Assembly: GCF_963676685.1 (NCBI RefSeq)
Contig: NC_092347.1
Location: forward strand, 82,460,001 to 82,524,000
DNA length: 64,000 bases
DNA from: Mytilus edulis
Taxonomy: Eukaryota
Reading direction: 5' to 3'
Part shown: positions 13,511 to 27,191 of the stretch, one piece after another
Layout of the letters: every line of letters starts with the position of its first letter
Position numbering within the stretch: the stretch's first letter is position 1
The notes under the pieces: generated by a model
Seen by the model: only the letters and a program-made list of their open reading frames with translations
The model's database searches: none
Told to the model about the DNA's origin: nothing
Made by a program: the position numbers and the translations under genes

Positions 13511-15517
13511 AATAATTCAATAATTTCTATAAAAATATGAGTAAGAAGAAATTCGATTCATATGACTTTAAAGTTTAACATCAAAAATTTCTTTTTTATA
13601 CGAACTGGTGTCATTGACTGACATTTGATACTCATCCTTTAAACAGTTGAACTTGTATAATTATGACTGGCTTAATCATCGTTATGAAGAAAAAGTCAAA
13701 AACAAATATTTGCGTATGATATTACTGAGAATAGAAAGAAATTGATTCCATAATATTGTCGAAGGTGAGAACGATTAATTGAACATAACAATATTTACTA
13801 CAACTATTAAAAAAGTACGTAATTATTTATGATTATATGTTATAATTATCGCATAATATCAAGATATCAAAAACTTTTATGATACAGTACGTTATATCGT
13901 GAGAGGTTTAGGCATACTTAATTGACAAAATTCCTTTATACGACGGTTTCAATGAAACTTGATGGGGATAGTTTATTTAAGCGAAATTAAGGAATGTATC
14001 GGCGATTTTTTTCTTATCTTATTTTGACAAAATTGTCACAATTCGACTGATAAAAACGAATTGCTATTCATTTATTCGTTCCCATATATGTTTGAAACAA
14101 AACAAACGCATGTTATTATTCTTCATATAACTTAAACTGTCAATTGAAGTTGCAATATGTTTTTAAATTTCCACGATACATAATACCTACACGATCGCTC
14201 TAGACGACAAAACCTCAAGTATAGGAACAGAGCTGTTATTCTTATTTTGATTTTTGGAAATTAAATTTGACATAAAGCATCCCTTTTGCTTCAAATTTTT
14301 ATAAAGTAGTATGTCCCACCGCTTTGATAAAGAACATACAGATATACTTTATTTTTCGGATTATGAAGATTGAATACCGTTACAAAATATGACAAACCAT
14401 ACGCGCGTTATTTTTTTATATCATAAGACTTAAAAGTGGCGATCGAATCAAGTACAACGTTGAAGAGCAATGAAAACGAAAATTAACAAAAGTTGTCAAA
14501 AACACGACAAAATGTATATGTGCCTAGGGGTAATATATCCTAAGTGTTTCAATAAAAGAGGAGATATATATTAGATGGTCGATAAAAGACATGTGGGGGT
14601 CAGTGATTAATTTAAAACGTATCTCGTACATTGATTAACGAATTGAAAATGGCGACTCGGTGGATTCTTTAGTGGTTGTCATATTAGTACCGATATTTCT
14701 TCTTAAAATATCATTGTCAGAGAAGCTTTACTCCGTTAATGAAACAATCTTAAAGAGATCATAAACAGTTTGAATTGTTATGAAATATGATGGCAGGTTT
14801 CTCTAGTAAAGCGTTAATCTTTTAGATTAAACGCAGAAACCTTACAAATTCGGAAACACTTCAACTGTAAAAGGTGCGCTTGGTGTTAAATTTCTTCATG
14901 CAAATAAAAATACACCACCTTATGTGAATGCAAACATATAATGATATCTCAAGTGTAAAAAACATATTTAGGTCCACTGTTTGAAGAAGAGGTTTATTAT
15001 TTATATAACAAGTACTTATAAGAAAGTACACACACAACAACGTTCATATACATATACATCCTCTCTGTATTTTTGTTTTTTTAGAACGATATAAATTCCG
15101 TCACCAACGAAATATTTTACATTGATATTTTGAATCGTATCTGACCATTGACAAATATTTTAAGTTTCGTATCTGACCATTGACAGATATTTTAAGTTTA
15201 TCTCCATATTAATGAGGCTCATACATATGTTGTCAAAATGATAGAAAAAATGAAAGATCTTGTCAAACGGTTTTAGTCTTGCTAGCCTCTGAGTATTAAC
15301 CAGTAGACAAGGACATTGTCAGTTCAGATAAGATAATAGAAAATCAAATAAGGTCGTTAGTCTTCTCGTTTGCGTTATTTTTAGGGATATTTATTATATA
15401 TATATCTTGCTATGCGGTATGGGTTATGGTCATTGTTGAAGCCCGTTATGTTGCCTATTATAGTTTATTACATTGAAATTATTAGCCACATCATATTTTA
15501 GTTGCTGCTTACAAGAA

Positions 15518-15955
15518 AGCTATTAAACCAAGAGTTCCAAATGGTGAAGTTGAAATCATCACTTCGTAAATTTTACGGACGCCATTACGGGTAGGTTGAC
15601 CGTTATGGAATAACCGTTTCACAAATGATATCGGATATGTTCATTACGACTTAATAACTACTATTCCCTTCTCTTTCATGAATGTGACCTACCGAATTAG
15701 ACTACTTACCGGATTTGTAATAACATAAGCAACACGACAGGTGCCACATGTGGAGCAGGATCTGCTTACACTTTCGGAGTATCTGAGATAACCCCTAGTT
15801 TTTGGTGGGGTTTGTGTTTTTTATTCTTTAGTTTTCTATGTTGTGTCATGTGTACTATTGTTTGTCTGTTTGTCATTTTCATTTTTAGCCATGACGTTGT
15901 CAGTTTATTTTCGATTTATGAGTTTGACTGTCCTTCTGGTATCTCGTCCCTCTTT
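15518..15955 (+). mobile_element. Penelope-like retroelement 3' fragment
   Basis: Encodes KLLNQEFQMVKLKSSLRKFYGRHYG*VDRYGI, similar to the C-terminus of the RT remnant at 51930-52040. Confidence 0.7.
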
Positions 15956-17543
15956 TAGTATATTACTCAATCATAATACCCTAATACCATTAAGGAATGA
16001 GAGGGAACGGAATATATTAAAAGCCATTAGTTGGACTTTTGATTCATTCACACTTTTATAAATACAGAGTAATGGTGGATACATATACTCAGAAGTACAT
16101 AATGTTGGTTAAAAAATTGTACGCTTTTTTGAATATCCGAAAGCACTGTGCCATTTTTCTCATTTCAGATGTTTCCTATTATTACACAATCTTAATCTGT
16201 TTTCCTTGTCCCTTTATGAGTTGTCTACATACATTTTGTATATTGCATTCAAATACTATGACGTACAAGACTCTAAATAGAAACGCTTGAATGAGACAAC
16301 AACCCAACAGTACAGTCGTGTTACAAATTGAAAGAATAAAGATACGCCAACAGCATGGTTGTAGTTAAGAAGTTGCACGTGCTTGCACGTCCATTCAATA
16401 AATACACAGCACATGTTTGCCCTTGTTGGCCTATTATCAACCAGACTTACTCCGATCTGATAATAAAAAATGAAACATTTGCTACAAAAGAAAACGTACG
16501 GAAACAATTGAAACATGGATTCATTTAAGCGAACATTTAAAAACTGAACCTCTAGGCAATATGAACTGCCGTTAAAACCATAGATATCAGATAACATGTT
16601 GAACGATAAAAAAAAATAAGATGTGGAATGAGATAGTTTTGGTGTATTGTATTCTTTTCAAATGAGACATTTTCCGAAACGATAAGATCATCATTCTTAG
16701 AAAAAACATTTCTATCTTTCTAAAGAGATTTGTCTCAAAGGAAATTTGACATCGTAGCGTGATGAACTTAGTATATAATAACACAAAGCTAATATGATTC
16801 CTTCCACTTCCTCAATATTTCCGAGAAATTATTTTTCTGTTCTTAAAACTGTTGCACTTTAATGAAACTCATTCATTAACATGTTTTCTACATGATGTAA
16901 AGTAATGCATGGCCAATATGCTACATATTTAAATAGAAATGATGAAATACTTTCCAATCCACTTTTTTCTATATTTTCGTCCATTTTTGTATGACAATGA
17001 ATTTGAATTTCAACGCTATTGTCATATTGTGAACGAATTTTATTTATTGATAAGTGCAATTAACTTTTTTTTTGTCAATATATTTCCGTTACAGTGTAAA
17101 CTAACAAAATCTGTTTTCTTTAAATCTATTTAAAATTAGTAACTTGAAAGCCATGTTAGGATTTCATTTTACGGATCATAAGCGGTTTCTTTTATAAAAT
17201 ACATTTTTTTTACATGTGCAGCATTTTATGTTTTATATCATTCATTGTTATGACATTTCAAGACTTCGTTGCAACTTGTTCTCTAGTTCCAATTTATGCA
17301 TACAATTGCTTTAGAATTTTGTCAAACAAATGAATACTTTTTTTCGTCTTTATCACCATAAGAATGTCGTTTCATGTGTAAATTTGTTAATATAGGATTA
17401 AAATTATGACTGTATTGCGTTAAGTTAACGATAACTACGACTTGGCTGAAACGCTATGCAAAACCAATGTACCAAAAATATTTAAACTGAAAAAAAAATG
17501 TGAAAAAATATTAACATATAAAAGAGACAAGAGTCTGACCTAC

Positions 17544-17577
17544 CTTGAAAAATAAGTAAAACAACATAATTCCACAT
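17544..17577 (-). CDS. Candidate coding exon 1 (signal peptide MWNYVVLLIFQ-G) of nAChR-like gene A
   Basis: ATG at 17577, CAAG|gtaggt phase-1 donor matching the phase-1 acceptor at 2914; joined product MWNYVVLLIFQGMYLAQTQ... reads as a signal peptide and parallels the CQG| exon of gene B. Confidence 0.6.
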
Positions 17578-20500
17578 CTCGATGAAAATATTCCTTTATC
17601 TATACACTTGAATTTGATCACAAAATAAAACCGGACATATAAAATGAATTTCCCTCGAAGTTACATATGATCAAGTTAAATATATATCTCCTTTCCATTT
17701 CATGTTAAAATACCGCAATTCAAAATGTAACTGATAATTATTCGGCTCACTGGACCATAAACAACGAATGTACCCATTTAACATATCCAAAACAATCTAT
17801 ATAGTATCTACATTACAATGTATGTAAACAATGTCATTGTTTATACTAAGGATAATTTTCCAATTTTAAATAAATCTCCGCTCCGTTTCATTTACAAGTC
17901 AAGAATATGATTTTATTTCTTAATCATTATAATCAATAAATAAAGTTATCTGTTTAATGAATTACTTTCATAGTTTATCAAGTAGAGCCAATATCCCAAG
18001 GTAATTTAAATAAATGTTCCTGAATTATTAATGATTTTAATTATGATTAAACGTCATTTCGTAAACAACTGATTTCGCCTAATTTGATTTGATTTTATAA
18101 TCCTTTCGGATACATACTAGGATCAAATAACGTAAATATTTTTTTAGCGAATTGTGCAATAATATTTATAATCATTAGGCACATTAGCCAGGATCCACGT
18201 GTTTGTAAACATATTGTATGAACTTACATAATCTGTTTTAATCTGAATGTATATATGTACATAAGTCTTAACTACACTTTTATTACCAACAAACAAAATG
18301 AATGTATTTAGCTGAGCGGACTGATCTGGCGTTTGTTATATTAAATAGGATGAATACATAATATGATTACCGTATCACCATGGTGATTAGTCAGAGGCTA
18401 AACGTCAGGTTCGGGTAAATCTGTTAACGGTATTTCTGTTATTTCATTGGTTATAAATACTATCTAATGGCTGCTTCGTGGCTGTTTCCGGAATGATTAT
18501 GGGGGAAATGAAGGTCATTTTAACGTCTGATTGGCTATTAATGAGTGGCATGCATTATATGTTCAACGCGTCCGTAAGTGGGGTCGGATTGAAATCATGA
18601 TACTAGGTTATAGGTTCATATTATGATAAAGTGTTCATTTTCTATAGTGATTAGTTATGATAATAACTCACCACAAACTGTCAATTTGGTACAGATTATA
18701 TAATCATGTGACAATGTGATGATTTAATCTTGAAATTATGTTGCTATTTTGGTAAGAAACTGTACATTTATGTATGATTGCTATTCTCTAAAAATAGAAC
18801 AGTAAAGTGTATAATTTACACTTTAAACTGCGTATTAAAACGGTTAAATGATTGAGATACTTTTGTGTTCGATTTCTTCGTATAAAGCTTAGATTTTAAA
18901 TAGTTAATACACAAAACGTATGTATAAAAATAATAACCATTTATTTTTCATTGCTTGGACATATTGATTAGAAAATATTAAAATCACGGAATTTACCGAA
19001 GATGTAATTTCGTTTCCAGCACTTTCATCGCTTCATTGATTTCTGGTGTAAATAAACAAACCCGACGATACTGATTAGAAGAATACAAAAATTACAAGGT
19101 TAGCAATATGGTTTCTTATGTGCAAAGAAGCCTACACCAAGCATCACGGTATTGTTATTGGCAAGGGTTTCAGTGCACTATAGGATACTATAGTGTCAGC
19201 TGTTGCAAATTATATAATTTAGCTTTTTACAATGCACAGCTCTATATTTGACAATGTCCCCCAAGGCAATCATTTTATACGATCCTACGAACCCAAAAAA
19301 CTTGCAACACAGTGAACTCCCAAAAAGATGTTTGCATGTGGGGTAGACAGTTTGATGATCTTTGATGTACTCGTACATGATGATTTATTCTTTGGAGTTG
19401 TCAGGAGGCTGATTTAGAAGGGGGCCAGGGGGCTTGCCATCCTTTTCTGGGAATTTTTGTGGGCCTGCACTTATGAAAATTTCTGGATCCGGCACTGGTT
19501 GTTGGACCATAATAGTCCCAGTATGGACACAGTGGTGATCAGCAGTCATTATAAAAAAGAAGATGTGGTATGATTGCCAATGAGACAACATTACTGTCTA
19601 CAAGAGACCAAAATGACACAGACATTAACAACTATAGGTCACCGTACAGCCTTCAACAATGATCAAAGCCTATACAACACAGTCAGCTATAAATTTAAAA
19701 GGCCCTGATATGACATGTATAACAATTCAAACCAGAAAACCAAGGCCTTATTTATATACATTGATATACAAAAATGAAGGAAAAACAAATATGTAACACA
19801 TAAACAAACGACAACCACTGAATTACAGGCTCCTGACTTGGGACAGAAACATACATAAATAATGTGGCGGGGTAAAACATGTTAGCGGGATTCCGTTCCT
19901 CCCCCTAACCTTGGACAATGGTACATGTATAACAGTACAACATAAAAACAAACTATAAAAATCAGTCAAAAAAGGCTTAACTCATCAAATTGCCCATTGA
20001 TATATCAAAAGCACTGAAAACTTCATTTGATATGTCTGATTTCAATTTATACACATCATCAGGTCTTACACTTAGTATATTTTTTCGTGATGAACATTAC
20101 TATTTGGTTGATTATGTAGGAAATCACTGAAGCATGACTGGAGAAGTCGCCCCCTCCCCAGCCCCCCTTATTGTCCCAGCTGACCTGAGAATCTGTCCCA
20201 TTTTAACCATTAACGTCATACAACAATTACTTTTCCATTGTGGCATCATATATTTTGTATTAAAACATCAAAATTTTACATGGAATATATGTGATGTACA
20301 TGCATGTACAGTTTGTAATGGCAGACATATACATATTGTAGCAATAAGGTGTATCCAAAGCAAAATAATTAATAATAAATCAACTCAATGGATAGAAGCA
20401 TACTGGTAAGTCAATTTTTTTCCCCAAACAGCATCTGCATAGAGTGATGAGATATAAATCAGGAGATCAATCACTGGTTTTAGAAGTCAAGAATTTTTAT

Positions 20501-21528
20501 ATTTTACTTATTTGGGTAGATACATGTACATGTAACACAACATTTATCTTGTCATAATACCTGTACGCTCAGTTTTCTTCATGAAAACTATCACACTGAT
20601 TTTAAATCATTATAGGAATTTCCCCGAAAGCACAGTGTATAAGCAAACATTTCAGGAGGCAAAGAGTCTATTATAGGCTGACTGCAATAGTCTGTATATT
20701 ATCTGAAAAAGCTTAGTTCTTGTTAACTTTCTTATTATTTCAAACATTTAAATAGATGTCTCCCAAATTTGGTGTATTTCTATTAGCTTTTTTTAAAGTC
20801 ATTTTCATTTATTTTTCAACCCGGCCCAGTAATATGTTTAATATAGCTGATTTAGAGAAAGGCGACCTGGGTCACCTCTAACAAAGGCTATATTTATTGT
20901 CACTGCAAACATTTTACCTGTTCAACACCAAATGCTGTCAAGTTTGGGGTCATAATTCATCTTACATGTACATCTCCTTTGAATTGTTTGCTTATTTGTT
21001 CTATGGTCTATCTATGCATATCTATCTATATACCACATTTTCATGGTCCCACAAAAATGTTTAAAATGTATACATTTGACTTTTTTCTAGCTTCTCTCAT
21101 GTGATAGCCATACCTTTTTGGTCACTATTTATGTGTTGCGTTTAAATATGAATTGTAACACTTTACAGTGACTGAACAGGTAAAACAAATACTTCTCAAG
21201 AAACAGAAAAAAGAAGACTACTTGGAACAGCACCAGACTACATGTATGAATAAAACTCAGATCGGAATAGCATGGAGGATATGATATGTCCTTGTGAATA
21301 AGCAAGGAAAGCTTTTAATAATAGTGCCAATTTTTTAATTTACTAGATTTTTCATTCATTATCTGTGCAAATTTCAACATAATTTGTCATAAATCCTTAT
21401 CTAACTTTACTCAAACTTTCAGTGGTGGATCCAGAAATTTTCATAGGTGGGAGCCCACTGACTGCCTAAGAAGGGGACAACTCCAGTCATGCTTCAGTGA
21501 TTCCCTATAAAAACAACAAAATTTTTCC

Positions 21529-23034
21529 AAATCTGACATGGGATAAAATTGTTTATCAGGTCAAGATCTATCTGCCCTGAAATTTTCAGATGAATCAGAC
21601 AACCCGTTGTTGGGTTGGTGCCCCTGAATATGTAATTTTTAGGAAATTTTGCTGTTTTTGGTTATTATCTTGAATAATATTATAGGTAAAGATAAACTGT
21701 AAACAGCAATAATGTTCAGCAAAGTAAGATTTACAAATAAGTCAACATGACCGAAATGGTCAGTTGACCCCTTTAGGAGTTATTGCCCTTTATAGTCAAT
21801 TTTTAACCATTTTTCGTAAATCTTAGTAATCTTTTACAAAAATCTTCTCCTTTGAAACTACATGGCCAAATTAATCCAAACTTGGCCACAATCATTTTTG
21901 GGGTATCTAGTTTAAAAAATGTGTGGTGTGACCCGGCCAACCAACCAAGATGGCCGCCATGGCTAAAAATAGAACATAGAGGGTAAAATGTAGATTTTGG
22001 CTCATAACTCTGAAACCAAAGCATTTAGAGCAAATCTGACATGGGTTAAATTGTTCATCAAGTGAAAATCTATCAGCCCTGAAACTTTCAAATGAATAGG
22101 ACAACCGGTTATTGGGTTGCTGCCCCGAAAAAGTAATTTGAAGGAAATTTTGAAGATTTTGGTGATTATCTTGAATATTATTATAGAAAGAGATAAACTG
22201 TAAACAGCAATAATGTTCAGCAAAGTAAGATCTACAAATAAGTCAACATGACCAAAATTATCAGTTGACCCCTTAAGGAGGTATTGCCCTTTATAGTCCA
22301 TTTTGACCAATTTTTCGTAAATTTTGTAATCTTTTACAAAAATCTTCTCCTCTGAAACTCCTGGGCCAAATTTAACCAAACTGAGCCACAATCATTATTG
22401 GGGTATTTAGTTTAAAAATTGTGTGGCGTGACCCGTCCAACCAACCAAGATGGCTGCCATGGCTAAAAATAGAACATAGAGGGGAAATGTAGATTTTGGC
22501 TTATATCTCTGACATTAAAGCATTTAGAACAAATCTGACTAGGTAAAATTGTTTATCAGGTCAAGATCTATCTGCCCTGAAATTTTCAGACAAATCAGAC
22601 AACCTGTTGTTGGGTTGCTGCCCCCAAATAAGTAATTTTAAGGAAATTTTGCAGATTTTGGTTATTATCTTGAATATTATTATAGATAGAGATAAACTGT
22701 AAACAGCAATAATGTTCAGCAAAGTAAGATTTACAAATAAGTCTACATGACCGAAATGGTCAATTGACCCCCTAAGGAGTAATTGTCCTTTATAGTCAAT
22801 TTTCAACAATTTTTATAAAATTTTTAAATTTTTACTCACATTTTCCACTGAAACTACTGGGCCAAGTTCATTATAGATAGAGATAATTGTAAGCAGCAAG
22901 GATGTTCAGTAAAGTAAGATGTACAAACACATCACCATCACCAAAATACAATTTTGTCATGAATCCATCTGCTTCCTTTGTTTAATAGTCACATAGACCA
23001 AGGTGAGCGACACCGGCTCTTTAGAGCCTCTAGT
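21529..23034 (+). mobile_element. 5'-truncated Helentron-associated element with ~2.8 tandem copies of a ~502-bp unit
   Basis: aaatctgac...aaattgtt(t/c)atca.gt unit at ~21529, 22032, 22531; 3' end ggtgagcgacacc-ggctctttagagcc-tctagtt (subterminal motif plus hairpin). Confidence 0.7.
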
Positions 23035-24824
23035 TCTCATCACAACCAATCAACTGATCATGCTGATACTGACATTACCAGAGAGTACACATCAAATGAA
23101 AAATCACAAATAACTGATACATATTATCAGATATTACAGAATTAAATATGTTTTAAATTTATTACAAAAAAATGTGTTCTCAATCTTGTAGATAGATATT
23201 ACTGGATCTCATATACATGTAAGTACAAAAGACAACTGTCTATCCAAGTCACAATTTATAAAAGTAAACTATTAAAGGTTGTAGTTTGGTCTTCAACGCA
23301 AAGCTTGGTTCACACCAAACAGCAATTTTATACAGTCCATATCAATCATGACAATGGCGTTTGGGGTTAAACATGTTTTCGTAGGTAAATAATATTGCCA
23401 TGGAACTTTTTTCATGAGAGTGTTATAGTCTATAGAGTATTACTTCCTGTTTGGTGGAATTTTGAAATAGAAGTCAATACGTTCTTGCTCAATCCTATGT
23501 CGCTTTGAAGGTGTCATGATTGTAATCCTCAGCTTAAGCAATGTGTTACTGTAATTTGAATTTCAAAATGACTGAGCGACGTTTTTCGAAGCACTGGTCA
23601 ACTCCACCATAACGAATCACATGACTTAATTTGACAATCAGTAAATTCCAGCGAAAAATATCTCTATAAGTAAAGAATTGTCGGATAAAAATTAAATAAT
23701 AGAGTACACAGGAAATGGCCAAGTTCACATAGTAACGTATGATTAATCATTTAAAAAAAAAACGAGCAAAAAGGGGGGGGGGGGGATGGGGCGTACACAC
23801 TTTAGGTCCCCCTCTGGATCCGCCACTGCCTTCTGTTGTTGTCCATTTTGTCAAGTAGTAATCCTCAAAAGTATGTGTAGGTTATATGCTATTTTTATCA
23901 AGTTGATTATAGACACAGAATACATTTTATTATAATATCATTCCCCATTTCCATTCTCAATTTTATTAAGTCTCCTTCCATTATAACACGGGTCCACCAA
24001 TAACACAACAAAAATGACAAATTAGTAGAAAAAAAGCGCTATGTTTTCATATCGCTTGAAGTGCAATATTCCAATAAAAATAAACTACTCACAAACCACT
24101 GATCTCAATATAATCAGCTAAAATACGGCAAGCTTTTTAGAAAAGCTATTACTTGTATGATATAGAAATGAGATGTGGTAAAATTGCTAATGAGACAACA
24201 GTAACTAACCACCAGGGGTCGTGTTATCGGATGTATCCTAAGCTTTGTCTAAAAATATATCATAGTACAAATTATATGCATTCATTTTTTTATTTAAATA
24301 ATACCCATTTAACGTGGCTCTGTACTTGCACATCCCGTCATTGTGTTATTGTTCAATGGTAATTTTTATATTCTTGTCTTTCAGTGTTTCTTTGTTGCAT
24401 ATGCCGTGGCTCTGACAGTACTTATACATCCCGTTATTGTGCTATTCGGTAAATTTTTGTATTCTTGTCTCTCACTTTTTCTAATGTGCTTTGTCTATAT
24501 GCCTTTGTATGCTTCTTGTTGCAAATTTGTTTGCTTTGATAGTTATTAAGATCACAACACAATGTTTACTGCTTTACCTCTATTTTTGGCATTTATACCT
24601 TTTATGTCCGTTTGTTTTATTACACATCGTTGTCAATATAATGGAATTTGATGCGACTGACATATAAGTTAGAGGTGTTAATTAGCTAACTATAAAACCA
24701 GGTTTAATCCATCATTTTCTACACAAGAAAAGCCTGAACCCAGTTAAGAATATGACAGTTGTTATCCATTCGTTTTATGTGTTTGAGCTTCAGATTTTGC
24801 CATTTAAGGTTCCACTAAAGTCAA

Positions 24825-25125
24825 TAGTTATCAAAGGTACCAGGATTATAACTTGTACGCCAGACGCGCGTTTCGTCTACATAAGACTCATCAGTGACGC
24901 TCATATCAAAATATTTGTAAAGCCAAACAAGTACAAAGCTGAAGAGCATCGACGACCCAAAATTCCAAAAAGTTGTGCCAAATACGACTAAGGTAATCTA
25001 TACCTGGGATAAGAAAATCCTTAGTTTTTCGTAAAATTCAAAGTTTTGTAAACGGGAAATTTATAAAAAAAAATATGACCATATTATTGATATTCATGTC
25101 AACACTTAGTGGGCTGGTGATACCC
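24825..25125 (-). mobile_element. Retrozyme-like ~300-bp element (partial monomer) inserted in the Kolobok left TIR
   Basis: Interrupts the TIR between gtcaa and aatat; homologous copies at 53975-54264 and ~61155-61400; contains a hammerhead core. Confidence 0.75.
24857..24900 (-). ncRNA. Type I hammerhead ribozyme with minimal stem III
   Basis: Minus strand gcgtca-CTGATGA-gtct-tatgt-agac-GAAA-cgcgc-GTC-tggcgt: intact core, 4-bp stem II, palindromic ACGCGCGT stem III, GUC cleavage triplet, 6-bp stem I with two GU pairs. Confidence 0.85.
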
Positions 25126-27191
25126 TCAAAATATAGGACACTACAGAAACATTTGAACTTTGCCTGTATTTTTCAACCTAAAATGAACAAAGTCCTAAAC
25201 TATGGGAACATATGTGCATTCAAACATACTACACATATACACACTGTGAAAATTGTAGATAAACTTGAAATTTTAATGTTGTGGCGAAACCGGTTTTGGG
25301 GTGAACACTAAATTTTCCAAAATATCCGGAGGCCTGCGAGATGACTTAATTTGTTTTAAATTGGTATGGACGGATACTGTTACATGTAATGCAGTACAAG
25401 CTAAATTAATGTTTATTTGTCACATAAATATGTTTCAATGACAATTTTGTATGATTTCTGTATTGTACCTTTGATATTCGTCCACTTTAGGTACCAGTCT
25501 TGTATTACAACTCCAATTTCCGGTGCATGTCAAAACATGGAGGGAAACAAAATAGTGCATTTTTTTCTGAATTTTTTTCTGAACTCAATTTTTTCTGTTT
25601 GATTATAGGTTTATGCTGAATTGAAACATATATATAGACTTTAAAAAAAAATCTTGCATCTTTTGGGGAAAGTGGAAAGATATCATGTTTACTGGAAGTG
25701 GTAAAAAGTAGCAAACAGAAAGTATGTTTACTGGAAGTGGTAAAAAGTAGCAAACAGAAAGTAGAAAAAAAATGTTTTGACTTCAGGATTGCGTAACTTT
25801 TTATTCTTCGTGGCAAGACCCCCTTTTTTTTCGATTAAATCACAATTTCACATTAGTGCATACATGATATGAACATGAAATTTTTTTTCTATGTATCATT
25901 TTTTATTTTTTTATTTTCAAAGATCAGCTGTTTTGCATGTAAGCCTATGGAGCAGTCAATTACAAGACTGCAACCTTTAGATACATGACAGTCAGGATTC
26001 TACTTCGTCAAAATTATCTCCCCATTACGCCAGTCTATTTTCACAATCATAGAAATGGAAGCCATTGTAGGGATGACGCGCTGCCAATTTTGTTCTTGAA
26101 AACTGATAAATTTATCCACATAGCACCATTACGATCCTTATATGTCAGTTGTAAAAGACAAATGTATCTACTAGCTAATGAGCATAAGTTAATGATCTTG
26201 TCTGCATTGATTCAACTTAAAAGATCTTAAAACTATTGTCTGGTCGGTTGTCAGGTGGAATTTTCAAAAATTCTTAAACATTTAAAAAAATTCTAATTAA
26301 ATATTTCGTGGAAGGGCAGACTAAAAATTTTACTGGTTGAAGATTATAAACCGTAGTTATCACACACAAACATTTTTTTTCGAAGATAATGCATTTTCAT
26401 CATCCAACTTAAAAGACTGTCGTCAAGTTCTTTTAGTAAAATAAAAGCTATTCGAACACACCTACTCTGTTTTTGTGATTCATTAGAGAGGTATTTCACT
26501 TGACCCATATATTTCATCTTTTCGTTCTGTGATTTTTTTATGTTTTAAAGTCAAACTGTAGCTTTGATATGTAAAAATGATAGGATCTGAAGCGAGATGA
26601 TATATCAAATACTCTTGCTTTGTACGTTTTAAAGACAAAATATACACCTCAAACACGCCCTAACATAAAAAGGTGCAATCGATTTTCTCTTTTCGATACC
26701 CATTTTTTTGATTTTTTTCTCGAGTCACATATTAAATGGAAGGGCAGACACGAAAATTACTGAACTAACAGATTGATAAGTTCTCCGTCCTTGGTAAAAA
26801 AAAATTAAATCGGAGGTTATGCATTTTCTTATCCAACTTGATAGATACCCATGTCGTCGACTTGATATCTAATTGTTCTGCATTACTATGTAATAGATAA
26901 ATTGAAAACTTATGCAAATGGTGTTTTTAGAATAAAACACTTCGTAATTGAGAAGAAAATTGTCGTTTTATTTGTTTCTATTAACTTTTATAATTTTTGT
27001 TACTATAGTGAACATTACAGTAAGCATTTATCACCTTCTCTAAGAGCTTCGATTCTGTTGTTCTATTTCAACTGGGTTTCCGCCTGATGAAATTAAATGA
27101 ACCTCGTAAATCAATACATTTTCTTAAAAATCAACATAAGCTTGTACTGCATTACATGTAACAGTATTCATTCATACCAATTTAAAAAAAA

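Noticed and set aside
18300-19380. CpG- and CCAAT-containing stretch and short ORF 19196-19378
   Set aside because: No recognisable gene or element termini; it cannot be assigned as a promoter from sequence alone.
21803-22809. Several similar minus-strand ORFs
   Set aside because: By-products of the ~502-bp tandem repeat.
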